64,000 bases of DNA, taken from NCBI GenBank assembly GCA_031362685.1, contig JANLSZ010000354.1, forward strand, positions 1,139-65,138, read 5' to 3'. The notes under the pieces are model-generated. The model was not told the origin of the DNA. It ran no database searches and saw only the letters and a list, made by a program, of their open reading frames with translations. Below are positions 37,505 to 46,819 of the stretch, in pieces; position 1 is the stretch's first letter, and every line of letters begins with the position of its first letter. Position numbers and translations under genes: made by a program. This DNA comes from Vicinamibacteria bacterium. GTDB lineage: Bacteria > Acidobacteriota > Vicinamibacteria > Fen-336 > JAGNNV01.

Positions 37505-38754
37505 GAAACAGGCCGAGAATAGTGGGGAGCGACCGACTTGAGAAGCTGCTCGTAGGTTTCCCGGGTCCGGGCGGGGGCGTGTTCGGTCCGGGTGAAACGG
37601 CGCGCTCTCTCCCCCATCGCCCGGGCCGGCTCGGGATTCCGGAGAATCCAATCGATGGCGCGGGTCAGATCGCCTTCTTCGTCGCACGAGTCGACCCGCC
37701 GGACCACCTCGTTCGGAATCTCCGACTGATTGGCGAGATCGGAGATGACGATCGGCCGTCCCTGGGCCATCACCTTGAGCAGCGCCGCCGAGGTTTCGCG
37801 CGCCGTCGGGTAGCGAAGATGAACCACCGCATCGGTGATGGCCATGGCCGCGGCGAACTCGTGGTTATCAAGGCGACCGGCGACGATGGTTCGATTCGAA
37901 ACCCCGGTTCGCTCGAGGAGCGAGGCCAGCCACGAGGAATCGCTGACCGGTCCGGCCAGGAGGAGACGCACCCCTGGGTGGATCCGGGCGATGCGGGCGA
38001 CCGCGCGGGCCACCGTTTCGATCCGCTTCTCCCGGGTGACCAGACCGAAGCAGCCCACGACCGCCTGGGTGTCCAGGAGACCGACCTTCGCCCGAAACGC
38101 GGGCAACCCTGAAGGATCCACGGCCACAGGTTCGACCGGCATGGCCAGGCGAACGCAGGCCAGGTCGGGACGGGCGGCCCTGACAGCTTCCACCATGAAT
38201 GAGTTGTGCGCGCCCACGGCCCGGGCCCGGGTGAGGGCAGGCTCGAACAAGGGAAAGGCATAGGGGAGAAGATCGCCGGTCGAATTGAAGTGGGCGTCCT
38301 TCAGCCGCTCGCCCATGCCTGGATAGACACCCTCGATGGCCGCGAGATAGGCCTGATGCTTTTCCTCGGCCCGGGCCTGCTTGTCGCGACTCGACGGGTC
38401 GGCGGCGTAGGCCCGCGACTCCGGCGATTCCAGAAAGCGACGCGCGTACGAGTGGTGGAGAACCAGATCGTGCAGGACCACCAGGCCCGGGACGCGCTCC
38501 ATCCACTCGTACATGAAGTCGTGGGCGGGAGCGTTCCCCATCTGGTACACCACCGCATCGTAGGGCGCCCTGGCGGCGCGAGCCGGAAGATCGTCGACCC
38601 GGAACGCGGGGGCGGGAAGCGAGGAACTTACCGGCGACTGGTCGTGAAACAACTCGATCGCATGTGAAGGGCCCAGAGCCCTCACCACGTCGATCGTGTA
38701 GTCGGCGATCCCGGTGGGTGCGGGCGGGAGGGGCGAAACCACGGCCAGCCTCAA
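37501..38754 (-). CDS. GT-B fold glycosyltransferase (family 4/1-like)
   Basis: MRLAVVSPLPPAPTGIADYT... and the C-terminal ...HLRYPTARETSAALLKVMAQGRPIVISD (EX7E-like region). The stop overlaps the GT2 start (ATGA). Confidence 0.7.
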   Translation of the reverse strand: MRLAVVSPLPPAPTGIADYTIDVVRALGPSHAIELFHDQSPVSSSLPAPAFRVDDLPARAARAPYDAVVYQMGNAPAHDFMYEWMERVPGLVVLHDLVLHHSYARRFLESPESRAYAADPSSRDKQARAEEKHQAYLAAIEGVYPGMGERLKDAHFNSTGDLLPYAFPLFEPALTRARAVGAHNSFMVEAVRAARPDLACVRLAMPVEPVAVDPSGLPAFRAKVGLLDTQAVVGCFGLVTREKRIETVARAVARIARIHPGVRLLLAGPVSDSSWLASLLERTGVSNRTIVAGRLDNHEFAAAMAITDAVVHLRYPTARETSAALLKVMAQGRPIVISDLANQSEIPNEVVRRVDSCDEEGDLTRAIDWILRNPEPARAMGERARRFTRTEHAPARTRETYEQLLKSVAPHYSRPVS

Positions 38755-38790
38755 ACGCGGTCCTCGTGACCCGGCCAGTTCCCCTCGAAG

Positions 38791-40095
38791 TCAGCGCCGG
38801 GCATAGAGCGCATACTCGAGCGAACCGTAGAGCAGGGCGTTGAGGCGATCGACGTTCTCGTTGAACGTCTCCACCACCGAACCGGGAAGGGCCGAGGTTC
38901 CTTCGAGCTTGCGAAGCTGCGAGAGCGGTTCGACCGGCGACAGCATTTCCACCCGCACGTCCGCGAATCCCGCGCCCGCGGCCAGGAACGACAAGGTCTC
39001 GGGATGAAGGGGCTTCTCGTGGGTGAGGTCGCGATTGAAAACCTCGAGCAGACCAGTGACGCTTCTTGGATTCACCGTCTCCAGGATCAACCAGCCGCCG
39101 CTCTTGAGAACCCGGTGGGCCTCGACCAGGAGGGCCTGCAGGATGGCGGGGGGGAGGTGTTCGGCCACCTGGGCGGCAAAGACGCCGCCGACCGACGCGC
39201 GCTCCACCGACTTGAGGAACTGGATCAGATCGCCATGCGCGACGTCAAGACCGGCGGCCTGGCAGACCGAAACCGCGGACGCGTTGCTTTCGACCCCGCG
39301 GCCCTTGATGCCGGCCCTGGAAAGGGCCTGCAAGAACTCGCCACGGCCACATCCGAGGTCGAGGACGGTCGAGCCGGACGAGACCGGAGCGAAATCACCC
39401 GCGTACTTCGCGAAGCGAGAGGCCAGAGCCTCATCGCTGCGCCGGAACTTGTTTTCGAAAGCGACGTAGGCGCTGCTCTCGGCCGCATCGAGGGCGGTCC
39501 GGACGCGCTCCGGGGGCGGAGCCTTGCTCTCCAGGGTCTCGCGAAGGGCCAGCACCTCGGCGCCCAGCACCTCGACCCGGTCCACCAGACCCTGCAGGCC
39601 GTCGATCCGGCGGTGAAGCGATTCCAGCCTTCGGTCGAAGGTCTCGAGGATCAGCTCGGAGCGCAGCGTGGCGTAACCGGAGGCCACACGATCACGGGCA
39701 TCCGCGGTGGGCAGAAGACGTTGCGCATAGCGAATGAGGGCGGCCGACATCTCGCGCAAATGGGCGAGCGCCTTCGACTCTTCGGCGATGAAGCCATTGA
39801 GTATGCGCACCACATTGGAGTTCCATTCCTGCTGTCGCGCGATGGCGGGCTTGAGCGCCTCGATCGCGCGTCGATCGAGAAAACCTCGGCTCGCCGCGGC
39901 TTCCCCTTCGGAGGCGGCCCAGAGTCGATTGATGGCTTCGAGCTGGGCAGGAAGGTCGGGCAGGGTCTCCGCGGGAAGAGGGAAGGAAACGAGGCGATCG
40001 AGCGAAGCCAGCGCCGCTTCGTAAGCCGCATCCTCCTCCCCCTGTCGCGCTTTGAGTTTCGCGAGCGGGCCGTCCTCGGGCGTAGTCTCGCTCAT
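38791..40095 (-). CDS. SAM-dependent methyltransferase with long N-terminal coiled-coil region
   Basis: The C-terminal half has VLDLGCGRGEFL...GVESN...LKSGGWLILE. The N-terminal ~210 aa are helical and repeat-poor. Confidence 0.7.
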   Translation of the reverse strand: MSETTPEDGPLAKLKARQGEEDAAYEAALASLDRLVSFPLPAETLPDLPAQLEAINRLWAASEGEAAASRGFLDRRAIEALKPAIARQQEWNSNVVRILNGFIAEESKALAHLREMSAALIRYAQRLLPTADARDRVASGYATLRSELILETFDRRLESLHRRIDGLQGLVDRVEVLGAEVLALRETLESKAPPPERVRTALDAAESSAYVAFENKFRRSDEALASRFAKYAGDFAPVSSGSTVLDLGCGRGEFLQALSRAGIKGRGVESNASAVSVCQAAGLDVAHGDLIQFLKSVERASVGGVFAAQVAEHLPPAILQALLVEAHRVLKSGGWLILETVNPRSVTGLLEVFNRDLTHEKPLHPETLSFLAAGAGFADVRVEMLSPVEPLSQLRKLEGTSALPGSVVETFNENVDRLNALLYGSLEYALYARR

Positions 40096-40108
40096 CGCGC
40101 TGATTCTC

Positions 40109-40603
40109 TCAGCGAACCCCCGATGATGCTCGTTTCGCCCTCGCCTTGGGCAAGGCCCTGGTGGCCGCAGGGGGGAGAAGTGCTGGGGGCACGTGCAACT
40201 TCTCGATGGCCCGGTACACCTTCGGCCGCTTTCGGCTCAGGTAGTCGAGGAACTGCGTTGGCTCCGTGAAATCGATCTGGCCGGCTTGCGGCGCGTTCAC
40301 TTCGCAGGACTGATCGTCGTAGGCGCGGCAGATGTGCGGGCGATTCAGGTAGACCTCACACAGGTTCCCCTGGCCGAGGTACCGGCAGCGGGCTTCGAAC
40401 TGCACGTACCAGGCGCCCGCTTCATCGCGGCTCACCGAAACTCCGCGGTGATAGAGATGCCACAGGATCTCGGTGGCGAGCTTCGGTGTGGTGGGGGCGT
40501 TGATCCCCACCGCCACGTAGGTACAGCACTTCGCGCATTGAAGGCAGGAGACGCGGTCCGCGGGGGGGGCGTCCTGGATGACCGGAAGATTCACTCTTGG
40601 CAT
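40109..40603 (-). CDS. YkgJ-family cysteine-cluster (CxxCxxCC) protein
   Basis: Has CLQCAKCC plus the downstream C...C pairs (RCRYLGQGNLCEVY..RPHICR) typical of UPF0153/YkgJ. Confidence 0.7.
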   Translation of the reverse strand: MPRVNLPVIQDAPPADRVSCLQCAKCCTYVAVGINAPTTPKLATEILWHLYHRGVSVSRDEAGAWYVQFEARCRYLGQGNLCEVYLNRPHICRAYDDQSCEVNAPQAGQIDFTEPTQFLDYLSRKRPKVYRAIEKLHVPPALLPPAATRALPKARAKRASSGVR

Positions 40604-40618
40604 TATGTCCGTTCGAGA

Positions 40619-41290
40619 TTACGAGTTGGCGATCCGGCCGTCCACCAGGCGCACCACCCGCCGCGCATGGCTCATCACGCTGGGATCATGGGTCGAGAAG
40701 ATGAACGTGGTTCCGGCCGAGCGGTTGATCTCGAGCATGAGATCGATGACGGCCTGGCCGGTTTCGGAATCGAGGTTGGCGGTGGGCTCGTCGGCCAGGA
40801 CGATCAGCGGGTCGGTGACCAGGGCGCGAGCCACCGCCACCCGCTGCCTCTGGCCGCCCGAGAGCTCATCGGGGCGATGATGCATGAACTCTTCAAGGCC
40901 GACGCGAGCGAGGACATCCTTCACGCGGGACTTCGAGACACTTCCCTTCCGCTTGAACAGAAGGGGAAACTCGACATTCTCGTAGGCCGAGAGCACGGGA
41001 ATGAGATTGAAGGTCTGGAAAATGAAACCGATCTTGTTGGCGCGAAGGTCCGAGAGCCCATTGTCATCGAGGCTCTTGAGCGCCACGCCGTCGATCAGCA
41101 CTTCGCCCTTGGTCGGCGAATCGATGGCACTGACCAGATTGAGAAGCGTCGACTTGCCTGAACCCGAAGGACCGGCGATGGCGATGAACTCGGAGCGCTC
41201 CACTTCGAGCGATACGTCGTGCAGGGCGCGCACCAGGGTCCGCCCCAGCACATAGTCCTTGCTCACGTTGCGCACGCTGACCGAACCCAT
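40619..41290 (-). CDS. ABC transporter ATP-binding protein (LolD/MacB-ATPase type, COG1136-like)
   Basis: Has Walker A GPSGSGKST, Q-loop FQTFNL, signature LSGGQRQR and Walker B VLADEPT. The listed ORF 40619..42046 has a spurious N-terminal extension. Confidence 0.85.
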   Translation of the reverse strand: MGSVSVRNVSKDYVLGRTLVRALHDVSLEVERSEFIAIAGPSGSGKSTLLNLVSAIDSPTKGEVLIDGVALKSLDDNGLSDLRANKIGFIFQTFNLIPVLSAYENVEFPLLFKRKGSVSKSRVKDVLARVGLEEFMHHRPDELSGGQRQRVAVARALVTDPLIVLADEPTANLDSETGQAVIDLMLEINRSAGTTFIFSTHDPSVMSHARRVVRLVDGRIANS

Positions 41291-42510
41291 TAGAAGATGT
41301 ACTTCACGCGGGCCTGGAAGGCGCGCTTGATGGGGGCGAGTTTGTACTCGGCGGTTTCGGGTCCGAAAAGAAGAACGAGGTCGAAGGTCATCTGCACGTT
41401 TCGGCTGGGAGCATAGGCGAGTCCGGGAGTCACGATGACCCCTCGGTCGGACAGTCCCATCACCGCACGCAGGTTGGCGTTGAGGTCGGTCGCGATCTCC
41501 CGACGCGTGAACGCGGCGGTGGCATAGTGTCGCCGCAGGCCGAGGTTGCTGGAGAACGGGATGGCGGCGTCGACGCTCCAGGCGGCCAGGGCCGCGGCTC
41601 GGAGCCCGGTCGGCAATCCCGGATCGTTGGCGGCGGTGAGGTTGCGGTCCAGCCGGGCGGTGTAGGCGCTGAACTGCGCGTCGGTCATGCCTTCGCCATT
41701 GAAGAAGTACTCGAACGAAAAGGTCGAGTCGCCGGGGCTCCACAACGCCCCCGTCGCCACCCGCAGGAAAGAATCCCCGGGTCGGGCCCGATCGATCTCC
41801 GACCCGCGATACACCGAGGTCTCGGCGTGGAGCGCCACCGCGCCCCAGGTTCGACCGAGATCCAGTCCCAGGAGGCCGTCGCGTTTTTCGCCCGCGAGGT
41901 AGGTAAGTGCCACGTCCGTATGGCCGAGGAGAAGACGCGCTCTCATCGCCCCCGTCCACGCGGGCTCGGTCTCGCGGGTCAGCGAGCCGGGCAGATCGGT
42001 GAGCCCCGTCTGCGCCCGCCCCGCCACCAGGGTAAGCGACGCCCAATCGGTGGGTGAGATATCCATGCGAACCGCGTCGATACCGGGCTGTTCGGTGCCC
42101 GGATTCGCAGGCGACTTGGGCGGCTCGAGTCGGGCCGTCGGGTTCCAGACGAAGCCCGAACCCCAGGCCGTCTTCTGCTTTCCGACGCGAAGAAGAAAGC
42201 CGTCTTCGGTCTTGTACTCGGCAAAGGCCTGCCGAAACGCGACCTTGGTGGTATCGATCCTGCCGGTCTGCCTCTCCGTGAAGGCCGAGGCCTTCACCGC
42301 AAACTTCCCGAAGGACTTCCGCACCGCTCCGGTGAGCCGGAAAAGATTCTCAGTGGAGGCGAGGCCGAACACATTGTCTCGATTGAGCAGCGACTCGGTC
42401 GAGCGATAGAGAAAGTTCTCGACCCCGACTTCGTAGTCGTCGTCGGCCGCGCTGAACGAACTGGCGAGGAGAAGGGAGAGGGCCAGGGTGGCGGGCGCCC
42501 AGGCGCTCAT
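41290..42510 (-). CDS. Predicted outer-membrane beta-barrel protein
   Basis: The signal peptide is MSAWAPATLALSLLLASSFSAADD. It shows an alternating amphipathic pattern and a terminal ...RVKYIF (C-terminal Phe). The stop overlaps the ATPase start. Confidence 0.55.
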   Translation of the reverse strand: MSAWAPATLALSLLLASSFSAADDDYEVGVENFLYRSTESLLNRDNVFGLASTENLFRLTGAVRKSFGKFAVKASAFTERQTGRIDTTKVAFRQAFAEYKTEDGFLLRVGKQKTAWGSGFVWNPTARLEPPKSPANPGTEQPGIDAVRMDISPTDWASLTLVAGRAQTGLTDLPGSLTRETEPAWTGAMRARLLLGHTDVALTYLAGEKRDGLLGLDLGRTWGAVALHAETSVYRGSEIDRARPGDSFLRVATGALWSPGDSTFSFEYFFNGEGMTDAQFSAYTARLDRNLTAANDPGLPTGLRAAALAAWSVDAAIPFSSNLGLRRHYATAAFTRREIATDLNANLRAVMGLSDRGVIVTPGLAYAPSRNVQMTFDLVLLFGPETAEYKLAPIKRAFQARVKYIF

Positions 42511-42529
42511 GGTTGAGCGGGGCAAGACA

Positions 42530-43294
42530 TCAACGCTCGCGTTCGAGTGAGGCGGGCGAGAACATCCGCTCATCCAGTTTCGGACGATCGTCGATCTTCA
42601 GGAACTTGAGTTCAGTGGAAGCGCCGGTTTCGAGAGCGCTTTCCATGACCAGGCGGGTGGGCCGCTTGCGCCCGCCCAGAGTCTCGACTTCATCGGAGCG
42701 AAGCACCTTGAGCTTCTTGCCCGAGATGGTGAAGTACTCGGCGAGGCAGGGGAAGAAGGTGCCGTCCTTTCGCACCAGATAACGGACGCGGTCGTAGGCG
42801 ACACCCCGGTTGCGGGCCTTGAGTTCCAGGACATGACAGGGAGCTCCCTCAACCGTCTCCTCGCCGGCCATGGTCGCTTCATAGTCGCGGGTGAGCGAGA
42901 GCCTGAAGATGTCGCCGTTGTTGAAATCGCCGCCTCCGAACGTCTGTTTCGGCCCGACTCTTGCCACCTTCTCAGCCGCCGGAAGATAGATATACGTGTT
43001 GTCCTCGCGACGAAGGTAGACCGTGCCTTTCTCCTTGGGCGGATCCACATAGCGCACGAGACCGCGATCGTCACCCGACTTGAAGCCGTCCATGGTGACC
43101 ACCCGGGCCGGCTTCCCGGTTCGATGCACGGTCATGCGCAGAGTGTAGGAAGCGGTTTCGCCAAGAACTGCGGCCTGCGCCTTCTCAAGAATTCGGGGAG
43201 CTTCGTTCGGAGCAGGGACCTGCGCGCTCAGGTCGGACGCTCCGTTCGGCACCGCGATCGCCGCGAGAAAGACGACGGAGATCGCGGCGCGCAC
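42530..43294 (-). CDS. Outer-membrane lipoprotein-sorting (LolA-like) protein
   Basis: Has a signal peptide. ...GLVRYVDPPKEKGTVYLRREDNTYIYLPAAEKVARV...GGDFNNGD... is characteristic of the LolA_like / DUF4367-type family. The call is from memory. Confidence 0.6.
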   Translation of the reverse strand: MRAAISVVFLAAIAVPNGASDLSAQVPAPNEAPRILEKAQAAVLGETASYTLRMTVHRTGKPARVVTMDGFKSGDDRGLVRYVDPPKEKGTVYLRREDNTYIYLPAAEKVARVGPKQTFGGGDFNNGDIFRLSLTRDYEATMAGEETVEGAPCHVLELKARNRGVAYDRVRYLVRKDGTFFPCLAEYFTISGKKLKVLRSDEVETLGGRKRPTRLVMESALETGASTELKFLKIDDRPKLDERMFSPASLERER

Positions 43295-43348
43295 GGCGTC
43301 ATTGTCTCAAGCGACGGACGCGAACCCCAAGGCCCGCAGGCGTGAGGC

Positions 43349-45499
43349 CTACTTAGGGGTTTCGGCCAGGGGCTTGCGCGCGAAGTAGTAGAGCGAATAC
43401 GCGAGCAGAACGAAGGCCAGCACCCCGGCCAGATTGTTCGTCTCCAGCGGCCCGCCCACGTGCAGCAGGTTCGCGGGCACCCGGCCCGTGGTCTCGAGAG
43501 CCTTCACCGCCACCGCGAAGAGACCGACAATGCCGCCCGCGGCGATAAGGCCGGAGGCATACAGCGACCCCGGCGAGGTCTCCTCGTCTCCCGCCTTGTG
43601 CACGGCGTCCCGCTCGGCCAGCCACTTGACCACGCCGCCCACGAAGATGGCCGCGGACGTTCCGACCGGCAGATACGCCCCCACCGCGAAGGACAGGGAG
43701 CGCACTCCGAGCAATTCCACGGTGAACACGAGGAAGACGCCGATGAGCACCAACCCCCACGGGAGTTTCCGGTTCAGGATCCCGTTGATGACCACGGACA
43801 TGAGGCGGGCCTGGGGCGCGGTGGCCTGATCGGATCCGATACCCTGAATCCACTGCTTCTCCACCTGGCCGGTATTCCGATCGAAGAGGTACTTGCCCTC
43901 GGGGATGGTGGGTGAGCCGATGACATTGAGAAGGGTGTAGGTCTTCCCGGCGTGTTCGTACGACTCGGTCTCGACCACCACACCGTCCGGCCGAGCCGCG
44001 AGATCGATGGGGATTTGAATGTCGACGTACTTCTCGAGTCCCTTGTTCATCAGGATCAAGGTGGCGCCGATGGCGAAGCAGGACGCGAGCACGCCCGCCA
44101 TGAGCGCGATCTGCTGGGCGCGCGGCGTGGCCCCGACGATATAGCCGGTCTTCAGATCCTGCGATGTGTTCCCGCCGTTGGCGGCCGCGATGCAGACGCT
44201 GCCCCCGATCATCAAGGCCAGGGCCCCGTAGGGAGCGGCCGTCCACCCGACCACCAGGAAGAGAGCGCAAGTGGCCATGAGGGTGGCGATGGTCATTCCG
44301 GAGATCGGGTTGGACGAGGTTCCGATGAGGCCGCAGATACGCGAAGAGACGGTGACGAAGAGAAAGCCGAAGACCAGCACGAGAATGGCGGCGATCAGAT
44401 TCGCCCCCGCCCCGGTGGGCGCGCCGGGGATGGGCATGAAGGTGAGCATGGCCCACATGGCCACGATGATCATGAGCGAGCCGCCGAAGACGACGGTGAT
44501 GGGGAGGTCCTGGGAGGTCCGGCCCACCGCGGCGGCGTCAGCCGCTCCCTGCGCGCGGGATTTCTTCAGTTCGGACACACTGGACTTAAGGGCCGAGACG
44601 ATGGTCGGGATGGTTCTCATCAAGGTGAGGAGCCCGGCCGCCGCCACCGCACCCGCGCCGATATAACGGATGTAGCTGTTCCACAGTTGGGGCGACGTCA
44701 TCTGGGCGATCGGGATGGCCGCCGGATAGATCGCGGTCGCAACCTGCGAACCAAAGAACTTGATCATGGGCATGGCCACGAACCAGGAGAAGAGACCGCC
44801 GGAGAAGATCACGCCGGCGATCTTGGGACCGATGATGTAACCCACGCCCAGGTATTCAGCGGTGGTGGCGGCGCTGATCATGGCGCCGGGCAGCACCTTC
44901 GGCGCATACGAGGGCGCCTCCGGGAAAAGAGCCAGCGCGTTGCTGTTCTGCAGCAGGGTGTAAACGCCACCGAGGCCGAGGCCGTAGAACACCCGGCTCG
45001 CGAAAGAGCCGCCTTTCTCCCCCGCGATCAAGACATCCGCGCACGCAGCGCCTTCCGGGTAGAGGAGATTGCCGTGTTCCTTGACGATTAGCTGACGGCG
45101 CAGCGGGATCATGAACAAAACGCCTATGAACCCGCCGATCAGCGCCAGCACCAGGATCCTCGAATACTCGAGACCGAAGCCGAGGAAGATCAGGGCGGGC
45201 AGGGTGAAGATCACGCCGCCGGCCACCGACTCGCCCGCCGACCCGGTGGTCTGCACGATGTTGTTCTCCAGGATGGTGGGACGGCCCAGGGCCCGCAGGA
45301 CCGAGATCGACAACACGGCGATGGGAATCGAAGCGCCCACGGTCAGACCGGCCCGCAGGCCGACGTAGACGGTGACCGCCCCGAAGATGATGCCGAAGAG
45401 CATTCCGATGATGAGCGCGCGCGGGGTCAGCTCCGCGACGTTCGCTTCATCGGGAATGTACGGCTTGAACGCCTTGGTCTCGGACACAGTTTCCGCCAT
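43349..45499 (-). CDS. OPT-family oligopeptide transporter
   Basis: 717 aa and polytopic. LTPRALIIGMLFGIIFGAVTVYVGLRAGLTV... is a typical OPT N-terminus. GGAGG lies upstream of ATG 45499. The listed ORF extends spuriously to 45604. Confidence 0.8.
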   Translation of the reverse strand: MAETVSETKAFKPYIPDEANVAELTPRALIIGMLFGIIFGAVTVYVGLRAGLTVGASIPIAVLSISVLRALGRPTILENNIVQTTGSAGESVAGGVIFTLPALIFLGFGLEYSRILVLALIGGFIGVLFMIPLRRQLIVKEHGNLLYPEGAACADVLIAGEKGGSFASRVFYGLGLGGVYTLLQNSNALALFPEAPSYAPKVLPGAMISAATTAEYLGVGYIIGPKIAGVIFSGGLFSWFVAMPMIKFFGSQVATAIYPAAIPIAQMTSPQLWNSYIRYIGAGAVAAAGLLTLMRTIPTIVSALKSSVSELKKSRAQGAADAAAVGRTSQDLPITVVFGGSLMIIVAMWAMLTFMPIPGAPTGAGANLIAAILVLVFGFLFVTVSSRICGLIGTSSNPISGMTIATLMATCALFLVVGWTAAPYGALALMIGGSVCIAAANGGNTSQDLKTGYIVGATPRAQQIALMAGVLASCFAIGATLILMNKGLEKYVDIQIPIDLAARPDGVVVETESYEHAGKTYTLLNVIGSPTIPEGKYLFDRNTGQVEKQWIQGIGSDQATAPQARLMSVVINGILNRKLPWGLVLIGVFLVFTVELLGVRSLSFAVGAYLPVGTSAAIFVGGVVKWLAERDAVHKAGDEETSPGSLYASGLIAAGGIVGLFAVAVKALETTGRVPANLLHVGGPLETNNLAGVLAFVLLAYSLYYFARKPLAETPK

Positions 45500-45637
45500 G
45501 GAACCTCCTACGCTACTGGGTGGGATGAACGTCGATCCGATGCGGATCAAGAAGGGCTGGCAGAGCCTACGCCGAAAATGAATCTCTCGGGGCGCTTTGC
45601 GCAAGAAGGATGCCCGTTCCTATACTTTCCCCGCGCC

Positions 45638-46819
45638 ATGAAACTTCGAACGCTTCTCGTCTTCGGGCTCCTGGCGCTTTCGTCCGTTACCTCGGCTCAG
45701 GTAAACCCCCGAACCGACCCGGCCTATCTCGAATCGCTCTACGGGCCCGTGGTGGATGTGAGCCTCAACGATCTCGCGTTCAACGCGGAGTCGTACAACA
45801 ACCGAGCGATTCGGGTCAAAGGCCGGGTGAACGTCCAGGGAATCTCCAACACCAGTTGGGAGCTGGGCGAGGGCGGAGAGCGCGTGACCATCGTGCCCAT
45901 CCGCAGCGGAATGAACGAGGATCAGTTGACCAACCTCGGCGGGCAAATCATCGAAGTGACGGGACTCTTCACCGCCACCTCCGGCCAAGGCGGGAGCAGC
46001 AACCCGGGGCAGATCTCCGGCACCAGGGGCGTCATCCAGTTCTGGACGTGGCTCGGCCCACCGGAGAAGGTCAACAAACAGAAGGCGGCCATCGTCTCTC
46101 TCGAACTTCTGGTGACCCGTGCCGGAAAGATGGATGGCCAGCTGGTGAGAGTGGTGGGCAAGTTCCGCGGGCGGAATCTTTTTGCCGACCTGCCTGCTCG
46201 CTCGATGCGCACCGTGAATGACTGGGTGATCAAGGACTCGCTGTTCGCGATCTGGGTGACCAACCACAAACCGAAGGGGGACGGCTTCGAACTCGATCCA
46301 TCTATCCGCCGCGACACCAGCCGGTGGATAGAAGTCATCGGAAGACCGGTGACCCGAAATGGCGTGGTGATCATTGACGCGGCCGAGGTGGCGCTGACCC
46401 CGCCTCCCACCCCGAAAGCAGACGCGGCGCCTGCCTCGCCCCCTCCGGAGCGGCCCAAGGTTCCTCCGGTGATCGTATTCACTCTGCCTCTGGACGGCGA
46501 GAGCGACTTTGATTTCTCCGGAAGGATCATGGTCCAGTTCAACAACGACATGGACGAAGACAGCTTCAAGGGGCGCGTGGGACTGCGTTATGAAGGTCCG
46601 GCCTTCCCCGGAGACCCGGGCTTCGAGTCGATGCGTGTCTCTTACAACCCGGGTTCGAAGGCGCTGATCGTCGATCCGGGCGCACCGATTCTACGCGGCC
46701 GCATACTCAACCTCGTCCTCCTTACCGGTGTCGTCGATATCGACGGACAGCCTCTGGTGCGGCGCGACGGAAGGCCTCCGCAAAACGACATCGCCGAGAT
46801 GCTCCGATTCAAGGACTAG
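45638..46819 (+). CDS. Secreted hypothetical protein with C-terminal Ig-like (SbsA/Big_5-like) segment
   Basis: The signal peptide is MKLRTLLVFGLLALSSVTSAQ. The C-terminal PVIVFTLPLDGESDFDFSGRIMVQFNNDMDEDSF resembles bacterial Ig-like domains. No function can be called. Confidence 0.4.
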   Translation: MKLRTLLVFGLLALSSVTSAQVNPRTDPAYLESLYGPVVDVSLNDLAFNAESYNNRAIRVKGRVNVQGISNTSWELGEGGERVTIVPIRSGMNEDQLTNLGGQIIEVTGLFTATSGQGGSSNPGQISGTRGVIQFWTWLGPPEKVNKQKAAIVSLELLVTRAGKMDGQLVRVVGKFRGRNLFADLPARSMRTVNDWVIKDSLFAIWVTNHKPKGDGFELDPSIRRDTSRWIEVIGRPVTRNGVVIIDAAEVALTPPPTPKADAAPASPPPERPKVPPVIVFTLPLDGESDFDFSGRIMVQFNNDMDEDSFKGRVGLRYEGPAFPGDPGFESMRVSYNPGSKALIVDPGAPILRGRILNLVLLTGVVDIDGQPLVRRDGRPPQNDIAEMLRFKD

